This document shows positions 25,311 through 32,000 of a stretch of 32,000 nt of DNA, piece by piece (position 1 is the first letter of the stretch; the number at the start of each line of letters is the position of its first letter). The notes beneath the pieces were generated by a model, which saw only the letters and a program-made list of their open reading frames with translations, did no database searches and was not told the DNA's origin. Source of the stretch: Gemmata obscuriglobus. GTDB lineage: Bacteria > Planctomycetota > Planctomycetia > Gemmatales > Gemmataceae. The stretch spans positions 5,250,001 to 5,282,000 of the forward strand of contig NZ_CP042911.1 of NCBI RefSeq assembly GCF_008065095.1, given 5' to 3'. The position numbers and the translations under genes were made by a program.

Positions 25311-26368
25311 ATGCCGACGCTGACTATAGAATACAGTACCGAATCCGAACGGTTGGCCTTGGAACAACTGCTGGGCTATTTCACGGACCTGAATCGTCTG
25401 GCCCAAGAAGCTCCCGACGGCACGGTCCTGGCCGCCTGCGAGAAGCATGCACTCGATCAAGGGCGCAAACTGTTGCGGACCACACTCGGTGCCGCCTTGG
25501 GTTCACGGATCGAGAAGGACGAGCAAAAAGGGGGCGCGCCCGCACCTGCGCGAAGACGCACCCCGGGCGCTCCAAAGGACCGCACACCCGAACGGTTGTG
25601 ACCGCCGTTGGTCCGATTGAGCTGGAGCGGAGGTATTTCCACTGCCCCACTTGCGGGCAAGGCGAGTTCGGAGCCGATCGCGGGCTGGGCCTCAGCGGCT
25701 ACGTCACCCCGGGCGCCTGTCGGATGGCCGTCTTGCTGGGCGTCCAACAGTCCTTCGCCAAAGCCGAAGTGACTCTGGCCGAGGTGGTCGGCTGGGAATT
25801 GGACGACAACACCATCCGGCAACTCTGCCACGCCACGGCGGCCCAGGCCACCGCCACCCGGCAACACCGCTCGACCGCTGAAGTCTTCACCCGAGCCCAA
25901 GCCGCGGCCAGGACCGAGCGGCCGGTGGACAGCGAGTTGCACATCGACGCGGGCAAGGTCAACACTGTGGAGGACGGTTGGCGGGATCTCAAGATGGCCG
26001 TTTTTGCCCGGCGCGAGCGAAGTGCGCCGACCACGGCGATGGACTGGGAGGGACGCGACCTGCCAACCCCGTTGGCGCGGTCGGTGATCGCGGCCGTGGA
26101 GGAGGCGAGCCTGTTCGGGAAGCGGTGTCACGACGAGGCCACGCGACTGGAGTGGACCGATTCGAGCCAAATGACGGTACTGGGGGATGGGGCCGAGTGG
26201 TTGTGGAACGTGTCCGAGCAGCACTTCCGTGACGCGACCCAGGTCCTCGACTTCTGGCATGGGGCGGAGTACCTCGCCAGCGGGGCGAAGGCGGTGTTCG
26301 GTCCCGGGGGCCAAGCCGCGACGGCGTTTGTCCGGGGCAAGTCGAAGCTGCTGGAAGACGGATATCCC
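25311..26368 (+). pseudogene. ISKra4-family transposase, 5' part (frame change at an A5G5 run, then cut by the IS4 insertion)
   Basis: The ATG at 25311 has GGGAGGG 6 nt upstream. The first frame reads MPTLTIEYSTESERLALEQL...IEKDEQKGG. The -1 frame continues ...KGPHTRTVVTAVGPIELERRYFHCPTCGQG...VLGDGAEWLWN...VLDFWHGAEYL...LLEDGYP. The frames change near 25525-25534. Confidence 0.85.
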
Positions 26369-27965
26369 CAGTGCTATGCACATCTTGGATTTGTATAACT
26401 GATTGCGGATTGCTGATTTAGGGTTTTCACTGCGACGAAATTGGGGTTAACCGAGTGGTCGTGGGACGCGGGGTGGTGCGGGGTCCGCGACCCGGGACAT
26501 GGAGGTCACCGTGATTCTGCCACCTCATCAGCGCGTCCCACGCTCCCAACCGCACGCGCCCACGGACTTCGCGCGCCAGGTCCTGGAGGGCCTGCCACTG
26601 GCCCACGCGTCGCTCGCACTCTTCGCCTATGGCGTTCCCGACCCGGTCCTCGCGGACCTCTACGAGCGACATCGGGGACGCGGCTATGAGGACGTCGTGA
26701 CCTTCGCCCAACTGGTCACCTGGATCTTCGATGCGCTCATCGAACACCAGGGCTCGGGGCGGCAGGCCCACCTGCGACGCCACCGGCAACCCGACGACGG
26801 GTGCCACGAAGCGTTCTACGGCAAGCTCCGGCGCATCCCCCGGGGCCTGAGCGAAGCGTTCCTGCGGGACGTCACCGACCGGTTCACCGCCCTGTTCCCC
26901 GAGGTCGTCGCGCACCGCCTTCCGACCTCCTTCGACCGCCTGGAGGTTCTGATCCTCGACGGCAAGAGTCTCAAGAAGGTGGCCAAGCGACTCGTCGACA
27001 CGCGGGGCACACCGGGCAAGCTCTTGGGCGGAAAACTGCTCGTGGCGTACCGGCCCCGTGACGGGTTGGTGCTCGACATGGCGGCCGATCTCGATGGCGA
27101 AACCAACGAGGCCAAACTGATCCCCGATTTGATGCCCCGAGTGCACGCCCGAGGCGGTCCGGCGAAACTGGTGGTCGGGGATCGGTTGTTCTGTGCGTCG
27201 AAGCACTTCGCCGAGTTCACCAAGGACAATGGTCATTTCGTGGTGCGGTACGCGCGGACCCTGTCGTTCGAACCCGACCCGAAGCGCCCCGCGGTCACGA
27301 CCGCGGACCCATCCCAACGAGCCGTGGTCGAAGAATGGGGGTGGGCCGGGAAGCCCAAGGACAAGCTCCGCCGGTACGTCCGGCGGATCACCGTCGCGCG
27401 CCCGGTGGGCGAAGCGATTACAATCCTCACGGACCTGCTCGATTCGGCCCCATACCCGGCGACCGATCTGTTGGACCTGTACCGCATCCGGTGGACCATC
27501 GAAGGCACGTTCCAAAAGGTGACGGCGATCTTCGCCCTGGGTCGGTTCATCGGTTCGACACCGGAGGCGACCGTGTTTCAGGCGTCGATGTGTTTCGTCC
27601 TCGCGAACGTGGTGCAGGTCCTCCAGGGCTATGTGGTTGCGAAGCGGAAGGTGACCATCGACGACCTCTCGACGGCGCAGTTCTGCACGGACTGGCATCG
27701 TCAGTTGGCCGCGCTCAAGGAGTTGGTCGAGGTGTCGATGATCGTGTCCCTGATCCCGACGGATCAGACGGCAGAGAGTGTGGGAACGTTGTTGGATCAG
27801 TTATTGGGCACGATGTGGAAGCCGGGCTGGGACAAGACACGCAACAAGGCGCCCCGTGCCCACCCGCACGCCGCGAAACAGAAGGGGGCACACACCTCCG
27901 TCCAACGGCGTCGACAAGCCCACAAGCCCAACGAGGATCCCTGAACTCAGTTGTGCACAGCACTG
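26369..27965 (+). mobile_element. IS4-family insertion sequence, 1597 bp, nested in the ISKra4-like element
   Basis: The inverted repeats are CAGTGCTATGCACA (26369-26382) and the reverse complement of 27952-27965, CAGTGCTGTGCACA. The 9-bp target duplication is GGATATCCC (26360-26368 and 27966-27974). Removing the element and one duplication copy restores ...LLEDGYPGLVDWIGEL... in frame. Confidence 0.92.
26499..27944 (+). CDS. IS4-family DDE transposase (apparently intact)
   Basis: The 481-aa ORF has LILDGKSLKK (D), VVGDRLFC (D) and LYRIRWTIEGTFQKV (Y-x2-R-x3-E signature). Confidence 0.88.
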   Translation: MEVTVILPPHQRVPRSQPHAPTDFARQVLEGLPLAHASLALFAYGVPDPVLADLYERHRGRGYEDVVTFAQLVTWIFDALIEHQGSGRQAHLRRHRQPDDGCHEAFYGKLRRIPRGLSEAFLRDVTDRFTALFPEVVAHRLPTSFDRLEVLILDGKSLKKVAKRLVDTRGTPGKLLGGKLLVAYRPRDGLVLDMAADLDGETNEAKLIPDLMPRVHARGGPAKLVVGDRLFCASKHFAEFTKDNGHFVVRYARTLSFEPDPKRPAVTTADPSQRAVVEEWGWAGKPKDKLRRYVRRITVARPVGEAITILTDLLDSAPYPATDLLDLYRIRWTIEGTFQKVTAIFALGRFIGSTPEATVFQASMCFVLANVVQVLQGYVVAKRKVTIDDLSTAQFCTDWHRQLAALKELVEVSMIVSLIPTDQTAESVGTLLDQLLGTMWKPGWDKTRNKAPRAHPHAAKQKGAHTSVQRRRQAHKPNEDP

Positions 27966-28274
27966 GGATATCCCGGGTTGGTGGACTGGATCGGAGAACT
28001 GACCGGGCAGATGCCCGCCGGAGGCGACGGAGCCGCCTTGGGCGGCGTATTGAATTACTTTTGTGGCCGACAGGGGCGGTTGAATTATGCGGTGCGTTTG
28101 CGGCGGGGGCAGTCGATTGGAAGCGGGTTGGTGGAGGGAACGGTTAAGCAATTGCTCAACATCAGAATGAAACAAACTGGGGCGAGATGGAATCTGGGGC
28201 ATGTGGCACCGTTTGTCGAACTGGGGGCATTAGCAGCGGGGCCGGAGTGGAAGGGGTTTTGGGAAAACCAATAA
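27966..28274 (+). pseudogene. ISKra4-family transposase, 3' part
   Basis: GYPGLVDWIGELTG...RRGQSIGSGLVEGTVKQLLNIRMKQTGARWNLGHVAPFVELGALAAGPEWKGFWENQ* is the typical ISKra4 C-terminus (GSG.VE...K...R.K..G.RW). It continues the frame interrupted at 26368. Confidence 0.85.
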
Positions 28275-28299
28275 CGGGCCAAAATCCAGAGGGGCACCC

Positions 28300-29454
28300 T
28301 CGGCACCATCGGCCACATCGACCACGGCAAGACCACCCTGACCGCCGCGATCCTCGCGGTGCAGGCCCACAAGGGCCTCGCGGAGCCCAAGAAGTACGCC
28401 GACATCGCCAAGGGCGGCACCCGGCGCGACGAGACCAAAACCGTCACCATCGCCGCGGCGCACGTGCGCTACGAGACCGACACGCGCGCCTACGCGCACA
28501 CCGACTGCCCGGGCCACGCGGACTACATGAAGAACATGATCACCGGGGCCTCGCAGATGGACGGCGCGGTGCTGCTCATCTCGGCCGTGGACGGCCCGAT
28601 GCCGCAGACCCGCGAGCACGTCCTGCTGGCCCGGCAGGTGGGCATCGAGCACCTCGTCGTGTTCGTCAACAAGGTCGATCTGGTGAGCGACACCGAACTG
28701 CTCGACCTGATCGAACTCGAGACCCGCGACCTGCTCACGCGGTACGGGTTCGCCGGCGACGCGGTGCCGTTCGTCCGCGGCAACGCGAAGGGCGCGCTCG
28801 ACCACCCCGGCGACCCGGCGTTCTCGGCGTGCATTACGGAGCTGATGGACGCGCTCGACGCGCACGTCCCGGCCCCGGTCCGTCTGGTCGATAAGCCCCT
28901 CCTCCTCGCGGTGGAAGGGGTCTACTCGATCGAGGGGCTGGGTACGGTCGTGACGGGCCTCATCGAGCAGGGCAAGGTGGCGCCGGGCGACAAGGTCGAA
29001 CTTCTCGGCTCGGGCGACGCCGTGGAAACGGTGGTCACCGGGGTGGAAGCGTTCCACCGCCCGCTGGCCGTGGCGGAGGCGGGGCTGAACGTCGGGGTAC
29101 GGTTGCGGGGCGTGAAGGCGGACCAGGTGCAGCGCGGACACGTGCTGGTCGCGCCGAAGTCGATCCGCCCGCGGGCGAGGTTCCGCGCCGAGGTGTACGC
29201 GCTGCGGAAGGACGAGGGGGGGCCGGCACACCCCGTTCTTCCGCGGGTACAAGCCGCAGTTCTTCCTGCTGACCACGGACGTGACCGGCGTGGTCACGAT
29301 GCCCGCCGGCGTTGAGATGGTGATGCCGGGCGACAACGCCCGCGTCGAAGTGAACCTCGACCGGCCGATCGCCCTGGAGGCGGGCAGCCGGTTCGCGATC
29401 CGCGAGGGCGGCAAGACCGTCGGCAGCGGGGTCGTGAGCGAGGTGCTGGAGTAG
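28300..29454 (+). pseudogene. tuf: EF-Tu paralogue, 3' part, with a frameshift in a G7 run
   Basis: (GT)[15 protein letters not shown]...[39 protein letters not shown]...NKVD...[11 protein letters not shown] is followed, after one extra G (G-run 29216-29222), by [43 protein letters not shown]...[21 protein letters not shown] in the next frame. The reconstructed length is about 393 aa. Confidence 0.88.
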
Positions 29455-29462
29455 CAACGAAA

Positions 29463-29577
29463 GTGGCCGCGGGCCGATACAGATCGGCGCGAATCGAAAC
29501 GAAGAACGGACCACCGCAAGGCGAGTTCGGCTCTTTCAGTTCCGATCCGCGTTTGATCTGCGTCGGCCCGCGGCTAC
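29463..29577 (+). terminator. Long imperfect hairpin (about 115 nt) followed by a U-rich tract, between the EF-Tu paralogue and the ARH gene
   Basis: The outer arms are GTGGCCGCGGGCCGA (29463-29477) and TCGGCCCGCGGCTAC (29563-29577), matching at 14 of 15 positions. Inner pairings are CAGATC/GATCTG and CGCG/GCG. The tract tctttcttgtgtt follows. Its role as terminator or leader is not resolved. Confidence 0.4.
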
Positions 29578-29621
29578 TCTTTCTTGTGTTGCCCTTTGGT
29601 CTCCCGAACGGGGAGTTTTCG

Positions 29622-30428
29622 ATGATCGGTGCGATCGTCGGTGACGTGATCGGTTCGGTCCACGAAGGCTCCGGCACGAAGACCAAGGAGTTCCCCCTGT
29701 TCGTCGAGGACAGCCGGTTCACCGACGACACCGTGCTGACGGTCGCGGTGGCGGAAAAGCTGCTCCACGGTGGCGAATACGTCAACCGGTTCCACCGGTA
29801 TTTCCACCTGTACCCGCTGGCGGGGTTCGGCGGCACGTTCATCCGCTGGGCCGGGACGTTCGAGCGCGAGCCGTACAACAGTTGGGGCAACGGCTCGGCC
29901 ATGCGGGTGTCGCCCGTCGGGATCGCGTTCGACACACTCGAAGACGTGATGAGCCACGCCCGACAAAGCGCCGACGTGACTCACAACCACCCGGAAGGGG
30001 TGCGGGGCGCACAGGCGACTGCGGTCGCCGTGTTCCTGGCACGCACCGGAAAATCGAAAGACGAGATCCGCTCGCACATCGAATCGGAGTTCGGTTACGA
30101 CCTGAGCGCCCGGCTCGACGACATCCGCCCGGGGTACGCGTTCGACGTATCGTGTCAGGGGTCGGTGCCGCAATCGCTCGTCGCGTTCCTCGAATCGGAG
30201 AGCTACGAGGACGCGGTCCGCAACGCGATCTCGCTCGGCGGCGACGCCGACACGATGGCCGCCATCGCCGGGGCCGTCGCGGAAGCGTTCTACGGCGGGG
30301 TCCCGGAGCACATCGCCGCGCCGGCGCTGGAGCGGCTCGACGGCCGGCTCCGGGCGATCGTGAACGAGTTCAGCCGCGTGTTCGGACACAAGATCTGGCA
30401 CAAACCGCCCCGGAAGACGCACTCATGA
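29622..30428 (+). CDS. ADP-ribosylglycohydrolase (ARH/DraG) family protein
   Basis: From the ATG at 29622 (GGGGAG upstream) the protein reads MIGAIVGDVIGS...FTDDTVLTVAVAE...WGNGSAMRVSP...HNHPEG...LGGDADTMAAIAGAVAEAFYG. These are the family's N-terminal DDT and C-terminal GGD.DT metal-site motifs. Confidence 0.88.
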   Translation: MIGAIVGDVIGSVHEGSGTKTKEFPLFVEDSRFTDDTVLTVAVAEKLLHGGEYVNRFHRYFHLYPLAGFGGTFIRWAGTFEREPYNSWGNGSAMRVSPVGIAFDTLEDVMSHARQSADVTHNHPEGVRGAQATAVAVFLARTGKSKDEIRSHIESEFGYDLSARLDDIRPGYAFDVSCQGSVPQSLVAFLESESYEDAVRNAISLGGDADTMAAIAGAVAEAFYGGVPEHIAAPALERLDGRLRAIVNEFSRVFGHKIWHKPPRKTHS

Positions 30429-31168
30429 TCGTGACCGACTCCGCACTCGACATCGACACCCCCACCGGGCCGATGCGGACGTACTTCTACGCCCCGTCGG
30501 AACCGGGCCGCCCGCCCGCGCCGCGCCCGGGGCTGGTGCTGTACTCCGAGATCTTCCAGCAGACCCCGCCGGTCCGCCGGTTGGCGTTCAACTTCGCCAG
30601 CGCGGGTTATCTGGTCGCGGTGCCGGAGGTGTACCACGCCCACGAACCGGCCGGGTGCGTGCTCGGGTACGACGACCCCGGCAAGAACCGCGGCAACGCC
30701 CTCAAGCAAATCATCCCGATGAGCGACTTCGACGCGGACGCCCGCGCCGCGGTGGACGCCCTCAAGGCGCACCCGGGTTGCACAGGAAGCGTCGGGGCGG
30801 TGGGCATCTGTCTCGGCGGGCACCTCGCCTTTCGCGCCGCGCTGCTACCCGATGTGAAGGCCGCGGCGTGCTTCTATCCGACGGACATTCACTCCGGAAC
30901 TCTTGGCAAAGGCGGAAGCGATTCGCTCGCGCGAGCGAAGGACGTGCGGGGCGAGTTGCTGATGGTGTTCGGCCGGCAAGACCCGCACGTTCCGCGCGAG
31001 GGCCGGCGGCTGATCTACGATACACTCACCGACGCCGGCGTGTGGTTCACCTGGCACGAGTTCAACGCCGCGCACGCGTTCCTGCGTGACGAGGGGGAGC
31101 GGTACGACCCGAGCGCGGCGCGTTCCGCACTCGGGCTCGCCACCGACCTGTTCCGGCGAGCGTTGTGA
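30425..31168 (+). CDS. Dienelactone hydrolase family protein
   Basis: The ATG at 30425-30427 overlaps the ARH stop (ATGA). The protein has the nucleophile motif GICLGGHLAF (Cys type) and ...FGRQDPHVP...AAHAF, with alpha/beta-hydrolase length (247 aa). Confidence 0.85.
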   Translation: MIVTDSALDIDTPTGPMRTYFYAPSEPGRPPAPRPGLVLYSEIFQQTPPVRRLAFNFASAGYLVAVPEVYHAHEPAGCVLGYDDPGKNRGNALKQIIPMSDFDADARAAVDALKAHPGCTGSVGAVGICLGGHLAFRAALLPDVKAAACFYPTDIHSGTLGKGGSDSLARAKDVRGELLMVFGRQDPHVPREGRRLIYDTLTDAGVWFTWHEFNAAHAFLRDEGERYDPSAARSALGLATDLFRRAL

Positions 31169-31192
31169 TTCGGCTTTGAGGTATCTCTGTCG

Positions 31193-31221
31193 GTAGACCG
31201 CGCCGTTCCGGCGCGGTCTAC
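31193..31221 (+). terminator. 13-bp-stem, 3-nt-loop hairpin after the dienelactone hydrolase gene
   Basis: gtagaccgcgccg ttc cggcgcggtctac starts 25 nt after the stop. It has no strong U-tract. Confidence 0.5.
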
Positions 31222-31337
31222 AAGAATCCGATCAACTCACGAGCAAGTCTGACGCCACCACTCTGGGTGGGGGCAAGGAGCGCCCAATGCGCCGTCCGTT
31301 TCAGATGCGGTCGCGTGCGAAGTGACACGCCGCGGGC

Positions 31338-31634
31338 TCACCGGCTCCGCCCCGCCGCCTCCGGCTCGGCCCGCTTCAGGTCGTACTCGTACTCGCCGTA
31401 CTCGGCCGCGTGCTTGCCCTTCTCCGTCAGAGAGTAGGTGGCGTCGAACGGTTCGTCCTCAGACCCGGCCACGCGCTCCAACAGCCCTTCGGTCACCAGC
31501 GCCGTCAGGAACGAGCCGTCCTTGGTGTTGCGGGTCGGGGCCAGCCGGAGCGCGCGACCGGTGAGGGGCTTCTTGCTGCGCTTGGCGGTGCGGAGCACTT
31601 GCCACGTGAAGTGGGACGTAGGGCGTACGGGCAC
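31338..31634 (-). CDS. Small hypothetical protein, possibly winged-helix-like
   Basis: The 98-aa ORF starts at a GTG with GGGAGAG 7-8 nt upstream and has G/C-rich third positions. The sequence ...KPLTGRALRLAPTRNTKDGSFLTALVTEGLLERVAGSEDEPFDATYSLTEKGKHAAEYGE has an HTH/wing-like pattern. No family assignment is possible by eye. Confidence 0.5.
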   Translation of the reverse strand: MPVRPTSHFTWQVLRTAKRSKKPLTGRALRLAPTRNTKDGSFLTALVTEGLLERVAGSEDEPFDATYSLTEKGKHAAEYGEYEYDLKRAEPEAAGRSR

Positions 31635-31792
31635 GGGAGCTCTCCCTGCGAGGCGTAAAAAAATGGGTTGTAGCGAACGCGAGTCAGACAGTGGACCAGA
31701 GCGAGTTATAGACGACTTTAACTCCCGACCGCTCTGAGGGCAAGGGACAGATGACGGAACACTTCTTTTTTTCCCTACACGCCCCGGTTACT

Positions 31793-32000
31793 TCACCCGC
31801 CGAGCTTTTTCCCCCGCGTCACCTTCGTGTACGCCTCCGCCGCGTCCTTGATGAGTCGCCCGTACTCCGCCTCCTTTCCGCGCCCGTTGTAGCACCCCGC
31901 AAACAGCGTAAAGTCGTTCTCTTTTAGCCCCTTCAGACAGTTCGGGTGCGTCTTGATGAACGCAATAATGCCGTCCAACTGGGGCTCGATGCCGCGGTCG
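31793..32000 (-). CDS. C-terminal part of a DUF3380 / N-acetylmuramidase-like protein (gene starts beyond the right edge)
   Basis: ...DRGIEPQLDGIIAFIKTHPNCLKGLKENDFTLFAGCYNGRGKEAEYGRLIKDAAEAYTKV resembles the conserved tail of DUF3380 muramidases (..FV.FIK....L..AL...DW..FA..YNGP.Y..N.Y..KL..AY), from memory. The frame stays open to position 32000. Confidence 0.6.
   Translation of the reverse strand, partial: DRGIEPQLDGIIAFIKTHPNCLKGLKENDFTLFAGCYNGRGKEAEYGRLIKDAAEAYTKVTRGKKLGG

Larger units (their letters stand above)
25230..28299 (+). mobile_element. ISKra4-family element (type B), itself interrupted by an IS4-family element
   Basis: The perfect 22-bp terminal inverted repeat is GGGTGCCCCTCTGGATTTTGGC, at 25231-25252 and as its reverse complement at 28278-28299. 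The 8-bp target duplication is TCGGCACC (25222-25229 and 28300-28307). The element is about 1.46 kb without the nested IS. Confidence 0.9.

Noticed and set aside
24831-25601. 256-aa + strand ORF
   Set aside because: It is a chimeric read-through of intergenic DNA, the 12 genuine EF-Tu codons, the IS inverted repeat and the first frame of the ISKra4 transposase. It is not a gene.
1-32000. CRISPR arrays or other regularly spaced tandem repeats
   Set aside because: No series of direct repeats (24-48 nt) with uniform spacers was seen. The repeated sequences found are IS termini, IS copies, target duplications and the single 33-nt pair.

Overview
This is a very GC-rich bacterial window. The gene content and protein styles suggest Planctomycetota, possibly Gemmataceae-like, but that is inference from memory and no search was run. 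Conserved chromosomal genes are interleaved with a large amount of insertion-sequence (IS) material, roughly 10.5 kb or about one third of the window by my coordinates.

Housekeeping genes:
- mrp/apbC-type Fe-S carrier ATPase, translationally coupled to a DUF971 gene
- membrane-anchored protein with two PKD domains
- squalene-hopene-cyclase (SHC) homologue
- leuS, cinA, and qor followed by a Tat-signal lactonase
- a deoA-upp pyrimidine salvage operon
- an ADP-ribosylglycohydrolase / dienelactone hydrolase pair
- a partial polytopic membrane protein at the left edge, which is missing from the ORF track
- a partial DUF3380 muramidase-like gene at the right edge

Mobile DNA:
- an ISKra4-like element with clear ends and a target-site duplication (4280-6055)
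- three abutting IS elements of different families: ISH3-like, single-ORF IS66-like and IS5 family (15583-19260)
- a block of three truncated IS fragments directly upstream of deoA (21332-23313)
- a nested insertion (25194-29454): an IS4-family element inside a second ISKra4-like element inside a divergent EF-Tu paralogue; all junctions and duplications can be read and the original gene reconstructed

Leads most worth follow-up:
1. The divergent EF-Tu paralogue, now inactivated, lies just upstream of the ADP-ribosylglycohydrolase / dienelactone hydrolase pair.
2. The SHC homologue appears to have lost the segment carrying the catalytic DXDD motif.
3. An accessory two-gene membrane-protein module carries a 33-nt repeat at both 5' ends.
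4. Two long imperfect palindromic elements of about 115-120 nt lie in intergenic DNA.

I found no rRNA, tRNA or CRISPR array. No complete new multi-gene system can be asserted from sequence alone. All family names come from motif recognition by eye and need database confirmation.
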